Of a stretch of 17,144 nt of DNA, positions 1 to 8,796 are shown in pieces (within the stretch, counting starts at the first letter, position 1; each line of letters opens with the position of its first letter). Below the pieces are notes generated by a model, which saw only the letters and a list, made by a program, of their open reading frames with translations, did not search any database and was not told the DNA's origin. The DNA lies in contig JAZDCZ010000083.1 of the NCBI GenBank assembly GCA_036679605.1, forward strand, positions 1 to 17,144, read 5' to 3'. Origin of the DNA: Gemmatimonadota bacterium. GTDB taxonomy: Bacteria > Gemmatimonadota > Gemmatimonadetes > Gemmatimonadales > GWC2-71-9. Position numbers and translations under genes: made by a program.

Positions 1-402
1 TAAGGCAGATGCTCCAGGATGCGGCTGCGAATCCAAGGCGCACCATCGGTGATGGACACGAGGGTTGGCGATTTCTCTAGTGCCAGTTTTGAGGCATGCT
101 TTTCCATCAGGCGAACGAAGCCGTTCCGGGGAAATCCGAATCCCGGCTATGGCATACAAATCCTCCGCCGCCTGCTTGAAATCCTCAACGACCCCCAACG
201 TGCATAGCATACAACAAGCACCAGACGTTACGGTTCGTTCGTGGATGCCGACAAGGGCATCCACCGGACATAACCCGCCCGTGGCACGCGACCAGAAATA
301 GCGGCGTTGCATGGTCACTGTTCCGGTCGCGGTCAGCACATTCAACGGACGATCGCCCTTATTGCGCGCGGGAGGAAGATCGCTGATCGCAGAGTCCGGA
401 GG
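1..402 (-). pseudogene. Transposase orfB remnant with an internal deletion/frameshift near 120
   Basis: The +1 frame is transposase-like down to ERLR (~115). The DGAPWI-containing segment follows directly in another frame (from 119), and the stretch normally lying between them appears to be missing. Confidence 0.65.
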
Positions 403-622
403 GGGAAAAAGCGGCCGCTTGGGCCGTGGGATCGGCATCGACATTCGCTTGCACCGCCAGCTCCAGGCCCTCACGGGCCACGGTCAAAGCCGCATCGCGG
501 AAGGCCATTTCGCTCGCCTCGATCCAGTGACCATCCGGCGCGTTCTCCAACGCGTTGAGGGCCTTGGAAAACTCTTCTTCGAACCGTTCTCTCATTTGAT
601 GCATCAGCACGTCGCGATCCAT
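359..622 (-). CDS. Transposase N-terminal ORF (orfA), ending just past the T5C5 slippage site
   Basis: ATG at 622 with AGGAGG SD at 635-630; protein MDRDVLMHQMRERFEEEF...AAAFSPSG; overlaps the +1-frame transposase continuation. Confidence 0.65.
   Translation of the reverse strand: MDRDVLMHQMRERFEEEFSKALNALENAPDGHWIEASEMAFRDAALTVAREGLELAVQANVDADPTAQAAAFSPSGLCDQRSSSRAQ
401..426 (-). other. Stem-loop + T5C5 transcriptional slippage (recoding) signal
   Basis: Minus strand reads CGGCC-CAAGC-GGCCG-C-TTTTTCCCCC. Loss of one nucleotide in T5C5 fuses orfA to the +1 frame. Confidence 0.7.
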
Positions 623-847
623 GGGCAAGCCTCCTGTTCAAGTGAATAGTAACCACATCCATACCCGGAGAATCCCACAAACCGCGCGCTCGCGCAAGTA
701 AAGTGTGGCGCGATATTTTCCACCGCGCCAACATAAATGGCCACACCCGCCATCGAGATAGGTAATGAAGTTGAGTCGATCGTATTTGCTGCTTGTAGTA
801 TAATCAGTGCCATAAGTGTACAGTAGATTTGGTGTTAACATCCACGT

Positions 848-2749
848 CTACTGTCGTGTCCTTTTGTCGTCGTAGAGAACACAAAAAAGAAGCATATCTA
901 CCGTTAGTGCGCACAGAGAGGTAGATCCGAGCAGAATGCCGAACTGCCGGGTAGGACCGAACGGACTCAAAGCAAAAAAGGCCAAACACGAGGCGGAGAC
1001 AAACGTGCTCCCGACACATGGCCGCCAACAGCGCATCAGCCCGCGAGTTACTCCGCGTCGTTCTCCGACGGCACTAGCCAAGTGCACGGTGTCATCGATG
1101 GCCATGCCGATGGCAATGGCGCCAATCATGAACGATGGTAATCCGATGGATACTTGGGCGATCGCTACGATCAAGATCAGGCAGCATACTGGCAGGAGAT
1201 TAACCCAAGCAGCGATAAGGGCCATCCTGAAGCTCCACGTCAAGAACCCTATGGACATAGCCGCAATTAGTGCCATGGCCGGCAGCGTGACTACCGTGAC
1301 AAGCTGTAGGATTCTTCCCGTAGTCGTGATCTGCGCAGCGACGCCACGCCATTGCAATTGGACATGATTCGTGTTTGCCCAAGCATGCCATTCTTCCTGT
1401 GCGGAAACCAGATCGGGTAACGCATCGCCTTGAGCCAGACCCCAGTATGTTGATTGGTCTCCCCCGACGATGGTCGAGACATTGAGAACCTTCCTCACGC
1501 CTACCGTTTTTTGCAGCATTTTCGTAGGGTCGGCTAATCCGGTCACCGTGACTTGAAAAGGCAATGTTCCGGTCAGGCGCGCGTCGATGGTGGAAAAATC
1601 GCGTGTGATGCGCGCATCAGTTGGAAAGAAAGCTAGAGGATTCGATTCAATATGCAGGTACGGTATCGCAACGATTGATGCGATCGTGATGAAGACACAA
1701 ACGAGGACAACGGCATTACCATGCCGGTGGACAATCGCGAGGTTGCAGCGTAGGAGTGGTTCAAGCCACCGGGCAGGAGGACGGCTCGACCGATCGCGAG
1801 GGGCAGGTGCGGGCAATAGCGTCACAACGGCGAGCCAGACCAGCGCCATGCCAAGAGTTCCGTGAAGGGCAAACAATCGGAGAGGCACCAAATCACTAAT
1901 GCCAGCACTAGCGATTCCTGCCGCCGTCGTTCCGCAACACAATAGCAATGTACCAGTGATACCGCGACGAAGCGCTCGATGCGCCGCGTACGAGTACCCC
2001 AACGCCATGATGAGCGGGGGAATCATGGACAGTGACATGTCAACAGGAATTCGTTGCCAAGATACGATGCCCAACAAGACGACCTGGCTGAGCACAATCG
2101 CCGCGACGCCCGTTACAGCCGCCTTCGGTTTTCCCGTGATCGACCATAGCCAAACACCGCCCATGAGATTGATGAACAGCATGATAACCGGCAATCGTTG
2201 CTGACTGAATGCGTTGAGCGACACATGAAAGATTGCGGGGCCCGCTAACGCAAACCGATCCAGACTTCGATCATACTCAGCGAGCGCTGCGTGAATCTGA
2301 CGAACGAAAGTCTCATCGTCAGAGTCGGTGCGTCGAAACACAAATATGCCTGCGTATGTCCCGTCTTCGCTGACGACGAATTTTTCGGGCGTGATTCCTT
2401 GCGAACGACCAGTCCTTTCAACGTAGGCCGAATCGAGACAAAAGCCTACTGCCTGTTGATGGCGGAGAGAATCGGCGATATCGGCTTCAACGAAAGCGTT
2501 TCGTTCAAATCCAACAATCGCATATGACTTAATCGCACCAACGGCCTCAAGGTCGGGAACCCAACTTCCCAGATCATTGTCAATCCGGTAGTGCTGCAAG
2601 CCCATCCCGCTCAGTGCCGCCGCAACGAGCCATAGTATCCATGCTATCGTTCTTCCCAGATTCTTGCGCGGAGGATTCTGTGGTAATCGGTTTGGAGCGA
2701 GATCATACAACGATTCTTCCCCGACGGTCGATGGTGTAGCGAGTGTCAC
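848..2749 (-). CDS. MMPL/RND-family transporter (lipid exporter type)
   Basis: Two repeats of (TM, soluble loop, several TMs); GMAIDDTVH motif in the second half and C-terminal FALSPFGPTRQFG typical of MMPL proteins. Start may be TTG at 2710 (GGGGA upstream, overlapping the GT stop). Confidence 0.8.
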   Translation of the reverse strand: MTLATPSTVGEESLYDLAPNRLPQNPPRKNLGRTIAWILWLVAAALSGMGLQHYRIDNDLGSWVPDLEAVGAIKSYAIVGFERNAFVEADIADSLRHQQAVGFCLDSAYVERTGRSQGITPEKFVVSEDGTYAGIFVFRRTDSDDETFVRQIHAALAEYDRSLDRFALAGPAIFHVSLNAFSQQRLPVIMLFINLMGGVWLWSITGKPKAAVTGVAAIVLSQVVLLGIVSWQRIPVDMSLSMIPPLIMALGYSYAAHRALRRGITGTLLLCCGTTAAGIASAGISDLVPLRLFALHGTLGMALVWLAVVTLLPAPAPRDRSSRPPARWLEPLLRCNLAIVHRHGNAVVLVCVFITIASIVAIPYLHIESNPLAFFPTDARITRDFSTIDARLTGTLPFQVTVTGLADPTKMLQKTVGVRKVLNVSTIVGGDQSTYWGLAQGDALPDLVSAQEEWHAWANTNHVQLQWRGVAAQITTTGRILQLVTVVTLPAMALIAAMSIGFLTWSFRMALIAAWVNLLPVCCLILIVAIAQVSIGLPSFMIGAIAIGMAIDDTVHLASAVGERRGVTRGLMRCWRPCVGSTFVSASCLAFFALSPFGPTRQFGILLGSTSLCALTVDMLLFCVLYDDKRTRQ

Positions 2750-3929
2750 GCCACGGAACGCTGCGTCTAATCGTCAGCCACCACCAGGATTGTGCCAGGA
2801 TGCGCACCACAACACATACGGAAAGCGGATACCAGAATAGGTCTATTCGCCGACATCCGCCCATGCCCCAAAACCGGTAGCTGGCGACCATCATTAAAAT
2901 CAGATGGCTCGCGCAAAGGGCGGCGAAACAGATGATATCCATGCTGATCTTCGCGCTCGTGTTCCAGGCCGAATAGAATTCCATCGCCAGCCAGACTGCG
3001 ACGATATATGGAAGAAGCGAGCCGACGATCAGCCAGATCATACTGAGCGCGATCTTGGTTCCGCTTCTCAACGCCCCGACATAGATTCTCGCCCAACCGT
3101 TCAAGATTGCACCATAGTTCTCGTACATGCGGACCGAAACAAGATCACGCCCGGACGCAACCCAGCATGACACCCCCGACTTTTTGGCATACTCGGCCAG
3201 CGGGATGTCTTCTATGATGGCGGAGCGTACTGCTCTGTGTCCGTCCATTCGTTCGTACGCTTCGCGTTCGATCAACAGGAACTGCCCGTTGGCAAATGCC
3301 ATGACGCTACGGGGTTCGTTTACACGTTGAGAACCGAACCAGAGGGCGATGATCCCGCCGCACAAGGGAATGATAGTGTGTTCCCAGAATCCCCCTGCGG
3401 TCTGCTGTGGCCAGAGCGTCAAGAACTTCACATTCCGTGTGCGGGCTTCTTCGATCGCACGTCCAACTGCGTGTGGCTTCAGTTTGCAATCGACGTCCGT
3501 AAAGAGCAGCCAATCGGCGAGAACATTTCGGGTTCCCTGCCACAAGGCATGCGACTTGCCCATCCACTTAGGCGGCAGATGGTCAATATGTTTAGCCTGC
3601 ATCCGAGGATCTGATCGAGCAAACTCTTGTGCAATTTCGTAGGTGGTGTCCTCGCTACGATCATCGATCACGAGGACCGAAAGTTTCGGGTAGTTTTGCG
3701 CTAGTACATCTCGCAGGCAGTTGGCCAAACCCTCGGATTCATTTCTCGCGGCGATCACCACGCAAACTGTCGGCATATCAGTGTGTTTCGGAAATTCTGT
3801 CGAGTTTTCCACAGCCACTTCGAGAAACAGCCCGTCGCGGCGGGCCCTACGTTGGGCGACGATAAGCCCCAGCCACACGTTACAAATAGCCCCCCATCCG
3901 GCAAGCAGTAATATGGTTTCGACGGCCAT
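2703..3929 (-). CDS. Membrane GT2 glycosyltransferase, CrtQ/CruC/HpnB-like
   Basis: N-terminal TM; VIAARNE, DDRSED, WMGKSHAL, FTDVD (DxD), NGQFLLI, IIEDIPLA, VRMY..GW motifs; C-terminal TMs. Confidence 0.9.
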   Translation of the reverse strand: MAVETILLLAGWGAICNVWLGLIVAQRRARRDGLFLEVAVENSTEFPKHTDMPTVCVVIAARNESEGLANCLRDVLAQNYPKLSVLVIDDRSEDTTYEIAQEFARSDPRMQAKHIDHLPPKWMGKSHALWQGTRNVLADWLLFTDVDCKLKPHAVGRAIEEARTRNVKFLTLWPQQTAGGFWEHTIIPLCGGIIALWFGSQRVNEPRSVMAFANGQFLLIEREAYERMDGHRAVRSAIIEDIPLAEYAKKSGVSCWVASGRDLVSVRMYENYGAILNGWARIYVGALRSGTKIALSMIWLIVGSLLPYIVAVWLAMEFYSAWNTSAKISMDIICFAALCASHLILMMVASYRFWGMGGCRRIDLFWYPLSVCVVVRILAQSWWWLTIRRSVPWRDTRYTIDRRGRIVV

Positions 3930-3938
3930 GTAACGTTC

Positions 3939-5465
3939 TCAATCTAGTGGGGGAAGGCGAAGCGTCTTATCAAGTAGATGTGGATCATCGTGCAGGTAGT
4001 CATCCCAGCGGACTCTCTGAGTACCGCGTTTACGTGGTTGCCCAGCGCTAAGAATGCCCGACGGCGCGAGCAGGAACCCTTCGGGGCGTCCGGCAAAATG
4101 AACAAGGCCATCTGGACCGAACATGCTGGCGACGCCGTCCTTGAGCGGTAGTGCATCAAGCGTGTCATAGCTCACAAGTTGATACGACGCATCCTCCGCA
4201 ATCTCCAGCGAATCTAGTATGGCTGGTGCGTCGATGCTGACGTGAAAGACTTCATGATAACCCGCAGAAGAAATAACTATCGGGTGAATGAGTTTGGACG
4301 GTGTATCGAATGTGTCGATTACAACGACATCATACTTTCCGGGAACACTCTTCTCAACAGCAAAACGTTTGCCAGTAAGCGGTACTCCAAACTCTTCACG
4401 CGCGGCGGACTCGATACGGTTGGCAACAAAAACCACGTGAGCGCATCCACAATTCAAAGAGGATTCGAGGAATATCGGAATGTCGTTGACGTCCAGCGTG
4501 ATTCTGAGCATTGAACCGTCAATGTGACCGGCCACCGGATCATCCTTGCTCATTTCCGGACGCTCGGAGAACCACCAAACATAGTTGAGCTGCCGCAAGC
4601 GACGCCCACCGATCTTGGCCACCGTTTCGTATGAGTAGACGGTCGGTTCTGTGGGATCGATACGAACCTTGATGTGCTGGCCCTTCGCTGACAACTTGAC
4701 GCCACCAATCCTGTCGAAGTTGGCGTCATAGCGGCGATTTGTAGGCCACTCCACGCCGATGATCGGAGCGTATTTCGTGATGAGCGCTGCGTCGTTCGAT
4801 TCGTGTGGATGCCGGATCGCAATGCGAGCGAAGGTCTTTTCGGCCTTAGCGAGACATTTCTCGGCAAGATGGGATTCTTCATACGCGATGCCATTGGCGG
4901 TCATGGACGCAGCCCACGCATACAGGACTTTGCGTGCCGATCGTCCCTTGTCGTCGGGTAAATCTTCGACGCCCTCGCGGATGCTCACCAGCTTCCTCTG
5001 TAATTCCGGTGACGTAAGCCGATCCACATCTCGCAAATCGCTTGCGAACGCCGCGCCCGCAAGTCTTGAGAAATGATGTTGCAGGACGGCGCGATCAGCC
5101 GAGCTTCTTGTGATCTTTGCTAACTTCTTGCGTGCGTAGGCCGGTAGTCGTTCGATCTCATTCGCTGTAGACGTCTGACCCAGTGCGTAGGCGCCGCGCA
5201 AAACCGCACGCGCCATTTTGCGCTGTACTAACACATCGCCAACTGCGAGGGCGTCATCCAGGTCGCTGAGGAGGGCTGTGTCAAACCGGTAGTACGGACT
5301 GACTGTCGTGTGACGCGCGGCAGCGTTTGTCACCGAAGTCTTCTCCGCATGATACGCAATCGAGAGTCCTAATCGATTCGGAACGCAACCGCTCTCGAAA
5401 CAAAAGCCAATGAGGCAAAAAAAAGGCGACACTCGATGTATCCATTGGCGAGTCCGTTGTTTCAT
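3939..5465 (-). CDS. Hypothetical exported protein, possible lipoprotein
   Basis: Long ORF within the operon; ATG at 5465 with AAGGTGA SD; basic N-terminus, hydrophobic stretch and imperfect lipobox ESG-C; contains NCGCAH, GYH and SMFGPDGLV..GR motifs. Confidence 0.75.
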   Translation of the reverse strand: MKQRTRQWIHRVSPFFCLIGFCFESGCVPNRLGLSIAYHAEKTSVTNAAARHTTVSPYYRFDTALLSDLDDALAVGDVLVQRKMARAVLRGAYALGQTSTANEIERLPAYARKKLAKITRSSADRAVLQHHFSRLAGAAFASDLRDVDRLTSPELQRKLVSIREGVEDLPDDKGRSARKVLYAWAASMTANGIAYEESHLAEKCLAKAEKTFARIAIRHPHESNDAALITKYAPIIGVEWPTNRRYDANFDRIGGVKLSAKGQHIKVRIDPTEPTVYSYETVAKIGGRRLRQLNYVWWFSERPEMSKDDPVAGHIDGSMLRITLDVNDIPIFLESSLNCGCAHVVFVANRIESAAREEFGVPLTGKRFAVEKSVPGKYDVVVIDTFDTPSKLIHPIVISSAGYHEVFHVSIDAPAILDSLEIAEDASYQLVSYDTLDALPLKDGVASMFGPDGLVHFAGRPEGFLLAPSGILSAGQPRKRGTQRVRWDDYLHDDPHLLDKTLRLPPLD

Positions 5466-5481
5466 AGGTAATACATCACCT

Positions 5482-6555
5482 TTAGTAGAGAGAAACCGAA
5501 GCGACATCTCGGTGCTCGACTTGAGGCTTTGGTGATCCGACGCCCATTAGCCCAAACCCTGTAGGCGCATTCGTCGGTGGATCGCAGAGCCTCACACAAT
5601 CTCTTTCAAAAACGTTTATCAATAGAACTGTCTCATCCAACCTTGAAAACACCAAAGGGCCTTCAGCTCCAGCCCGGTCGTACATAGGTCGATCCACTTG
5701 TTCATCGACCACTCCGAGGAGAACCCTGTCTCCATATGGGTAGTAGATCAGCTCTCGACCAACGGCCATGTCCAGTTCGAGGCAGCATCCGAATAGTGTA
5801 TTGCCATACCCTGACAGGTGGACTGCGTTCGGGAATGCTTCCGTTTGGAACGCCTTCATTTCGTTCGATTCGATGGCCATGCCGCCGTAGTGGACGCCGC
5901 AGATGTTCTCACGTTGCGTGGAACGCATTGAGTCAGCAAGAGCACGGATTACGACAGGTGTAGAGAAGAGCACTGTAATCGTTTGGGAGTTCAGAATCGC
6001 AAGGGCTTGATCGACGATGTGTTGTAGGTATCGCTGCGCAGCAAAGCTACCAGTAGCCAACTTCCTTGCCCACCGAGAATCGAAATCGACGCTGAACGGT
6101 GTCATCGAACCCGTTGTCCGAGCGATGGCGTCCGCAGCGCGGTCGATGATGTGCGGCCCGGACGGCCCTACATAAAGCCAAGTTCCACCCAATTGGAAAT
6201 CAACGTGCTTTGCGGCAATGACGAAAGGATCGACAAAGGCTTCCCGGAATTCGTTCTCCAGATATGCCGTCCAGGCAGGTTGGCCTAGCGTACCGCCGGT
6301 TTGTGCGATAATCAACTCGCATTTGCGATCCATCAGCGGTCTTGGAAGAAAATCAACAAGCTCGTATTTCGCGAGATCCGCCTGATCCATCATGGGGAAC
6401 CGGGCGAGATCAGCGACGCACATGATCTCGATGCGTGGATCGAACCCGAGTTCCTTGGCGCGGTCAAGCCAGTACGGGCTGCCTTGTTCAGGATCGAAGT
6501 GGATCGCGAGAACGTCGCGAAGCCGCGCCTCGATGCTCATATCGTGTCCTGTCAT
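5482..6555 (-). CDS. Adenylate-forming (ANL/PaaK-like) enzyme, EhpF-like
   Basis: HFDPEQGSPYWLDRAKELGFDPR N-terminus resembles EhpF-type proteins; P-loop-like QTGGTLG, GPSGPH, GGM and GYGNTL motifs. Start placed at ATG 6555 (alternative 6540), just after the hydrolase stop, rather than at 6696. Confidence 0.7.
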   Translation of the reverse strand: MTGHDMSIEARLRDVLAIHFDPEQGSPYWLDRAKELGFDPRIEIMCVADLARFPMMDQADLAKYELVDFLPRPLMDRKCELIIAQTGGTLGQPAWTAYLENEFREAFVDPFVIAAKHVDFQLGGTWLYVGPSGPHIIDRAADAIARTTGSMTPFSVDFDSRWARKLATGSFAAQRYLQHIVDQALAILNSQTITVLFSTPVVIRALADSMRSTQRENICGVHYGGMAIESNEMKAFQTEAFPNAVHLSGYGNTLFGCCLELDMAVGRELIYYPYGDRVLLGVVDEQVDRPMYDRAGAEGPLVFSRLDETVLLINVFERDCVRLCDPPTNAPTGFGLMGVGSPKPQVEHRDVASVSLY

Positions 6556-6562
6556 GTTCGCG

Positions 6563-7264
6563 CTACCTTGCCGGGAGAATGTCATGGTGTTGCAGAAACT
6601 CCAGAACCGTCGTCGCAACTTCCGTTTCATGGCCTCGGAAAAAATGCTCACCAGCAGGCAACTGGATTCGCATTTTGGGTTCACGAATCGACTCATACCA
6701 AGCCATCAATTCGGAAATGCCGCAAGTGAAGTCATTGTCGCTATGGAGCATGAGTAGCGGCACCGGGCACGCTGACAATTCCTCGAAAGAGTGCTGCTTG
6801 GGATTGGGGGAAATCAGGACGATTGCCTTAACGCCTGATCCTTGCAGATTCTTTACAACCGTCCAACACCCGAAGCTGTACCCGATCAACACCGGAGGAA
6901 AATCGCACCATTGACTGAGTGCCGCGATCGCCGACCCGGCATCGTCCGCCCAATCGTGTTCCTCATTGAAAGATCCTTTCGTCCAAAAAGTTGACATCAC
7001 ACTGGGCCAATCCGCAGGCCCACCTTCGCTACTTCCAACGCCGCCGTAGTCAAACGCTAGCGTTACCGTACCTCGTGACGTCAACGCTTTCGATAACGAA
7101 CTCACGACGTTGTTGCGCATATCTCCGCCGAGAAACGGGTGCGGTCCCGCGATCAAAGCGCAGCAATCAGCGCCAACATCGGGATAGGCAAGGAGGCCTG
7201 ACAGCATTCGTTCGCACCCTTGGATGCGAACGTTTTCTTCAACGAATCCCGTTGCGGTCAACAT
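6563..7264 (-). CDS. Alpha/beta-fold hydrolase (COG2945-like)
   Basis: PHPFLGGDMRNNVV, FDYGGVGSSEG, nucleophile elbow GYSFG, Asp in DNDF, His in GEHFF; start overlaps the SDR stop by 7 nt. Confidence 0.88.
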   Translation of the reverse strand: MLTATGFVEENVRIQGCERMLSGLLAYPDVGADCCALIAGPHPFLGGDMRNNVVSSLSKALTSRGTVTLAFDYGGVGSSEGGPADWPSVMSTFWTKGSFNEEHDWADDAGSAIAALSQWCDFPPVLIGYSFGCWTVVKNLQGSGVKAIVLISPNPKQHSFEELSACPVPLLMLHSDNDFTCGISELMAWYESIREPKMRIQLPAGEHFFRGHETEVATTVLEFLQHHDILPAR

Positions 7265-8796
7265 AGCACACCGGTGTGACTGATAACTCTTGGGCTTTCG
7301 TTACCGATCACGGGGAATTCTTTGAGGAATTCGCCGATGATGGGGACCATCTTTAGCGCCCGCTCCACATCTCCAAACATTTCGGCGCTGCCGTGGAAAA
7401 ACACATCTTGCAACGGTTTGCGGCAAGATACGACATCAACTAAATCCTCATACGACAAGCGGTACTCAAACTCCGGTATTAGCGGCGACGGTACAGCGTG
7501 GGTTTCCTTTAGTCGACCGCGCTCAAAACGGCTGATCCAACTTCCCCCGATTCGACCGGTGATTGTATACTGTACCACTGCGGTCAACTCTTCGACTTTC
7601 GCAACCACAGAACGGGGTACGGCCTTGGGCAGATAGCTCTCGAAGTACCATGTTGGATTGAAGCCTTCGGCAGGTGACTGGAAATCGTGGGCATCGCCGT
7701 GTGCTCGACACCAGTTGGTTGCTTGGGCGTACTTCATACACGCAGCAAACGCTGAGCCGTCAATCAAACGTTTCCCCGAAGGCGTGTCCACCATACGGCT
7801 AGACTCAAACGTCAGACCGTCGCGAAAGTAATCAAGGCAGATGTTTCCCAGCGAGTAAAATAGGTCTTCATAGTGGTTGGCATCCGCAAGCGGCCACGTC
7901 GCATTGCTGAATCGCCCGCCAGCTATGTCGAAGTATTGCTCCAGCCACCGTTTGACTTCCTTATGAGTGGGTGGATCGGGGTTGGTGACGTGATGCACCG
8001 AGGATTCGGTGGTTGGCTCCAGGCTGATGTTGGCGATCTGCCGGGCGGCCCAATCAACGGGTATAATATTACAGGTGGCATGAGAATGCCCAAGAATTCG
8101 GAATGGTATCTGATGGCGGTCAACCTTGTGGTTGCCATCCATGGCCCGTGCAAGTATCTCGGTCGCTCTGGCAACAAGATACAATCCCTTCATGGCGCTG
8201 GCTCGCCCCGTATGGCTGTCACCAAACAGAATCGACGGCCTGCAAATCGTTACTATTCCGTTGTCTTCGCCCCAAGCCCAAACAAGCCGCTCTGCTTCCC
8301 ACTTCGATCGTTCGTACTCGTTGCGAATCGGCGGAAGATTTTCGAAGATCGCTTCTGGCTGATGGCCGATTTGTTCGCCGCACACATAGGCTGTGCTGAC
8401 AAAAGAAAACCGGCGAATTTTAGCATTAGTGGCCTGCAATAGTATCGCGCGTGTGCCATCGATGTTTGTCATTGCTGGCTCGCCCGAACCGTTGGCATGG
8501 AAGGTTGTATTCCCTGCAGCGTGCAGAACCATGTCAACGCCGCTTATGTCCTCCCAGTTGAGTGAGTCCGGCAATTCTCCCTCGACGGGTAGGATACGCC
8601 CATTAGCGATAAGCGCCGAGAGATTGAGACCCATGTCCACGAGAAGCTTGCCAAGTCGTTCGGAAGTCTTGGATATCGGAGGCCGGAGCAATACGCGGCA
8701 TCTGATGTGCGGATGCGCGAGCAGTTCTGCAAGCACATAGTGTCCAAGAAATCCGGTCGCCCCAGTTAGGAACACGTCGATTGGCCTAGGTGTCAT
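7258..8796 (-). CDS. Extended SDR (fatty acyl-CoA/thioester reductase, NAD_binding_4-like) with C-terminal SCP2 lipid-binding domain
   Basis: TGATGFLG, HAAG, VSTAYVCG, YERSK (YxxxK), RPSILFG, IPVDW; the C-terminal VVQYTITG..GGSW...FFHGSAEMFGDVERALKM is SCP2-like. Confidence 0.85.
   Translation of the reverse strand: MTPRPIDVFLTGATGFLGHYVLAELLAHPHIRCRVLLRPPISKTSERLGKLLVDMGLNLSALIANGRILPVEGELPDSLNWEDISGVDMVLHAAGNTTFHANGSGEPAMTNIDGTRAILLQATNAKIRRFSFVSTAYVCGEQIGHQPEAIFENLPPIRNEYERSKWEAERLVWAWGEDNGIVTICRPSILFGDSHTGRASAMKGLYLVARATEILARAMDGNHKVDRHQIPFRILGHSHATCNIIPVDWAARQIANISLEPTTESSVHHVTNPDPPTHKEVKRWLEQYFDIAGGRFSNATWPLADANHYEDLFYSLGNICLDYFRDGLTFESSRMVDTPSGKRLIDGSAFAACMKYAQATNWCRAHGDAHDFQSPAEGFNPTWYFESYLPKAVPRSVVAKVEELTAVVQYTITGRIGGSWISRFERGRLKETHAVPSPLIPEFEYRLSYEDLVDVVSCRKPLQDVFFHGSAEMFGDVERALKMVPIIGEFLKEFPVIGNESPRVISHTGVLC

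Larger units (their letters stand above)
1..748 (-). mobile_element. Decayed ISKra4/ISLre2-like insertion sequence (left portion; continues beyond window start)
   Basis: Manual translation of the minus strand gives three consecutive transposase-like segments: orfA (622-359), a +1-frame segment NKGDRPLNVLTATGTVTMQRRYFW...CPVDALVG...FKQAAEDL...ISPERLR, and a further +1 segment ...LVSITDGAPWIRSRILEHLP with the DGAxWI motif of this DDE family. Putative end GGGTGTGGCCA starts at 748; the partner IR is not in the window, so this boundary is tentative. Confidence 0.7.

Noticed and set aside
848..3929. Hopanoid (hpnB/hpnN) or carotenoid (crtQ) cluster assignment
   Set aside because: No squalene-hopene cyclase, phytoene/squalene synthase or desaturase genes are in the window; the similarity is only at family level.
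5482..6555. Phenazine biosynthesis cluster
   Set aside because: Only an EhpF-like ligase is present; no phzA/B, D, E, F or G-like genes are visible.
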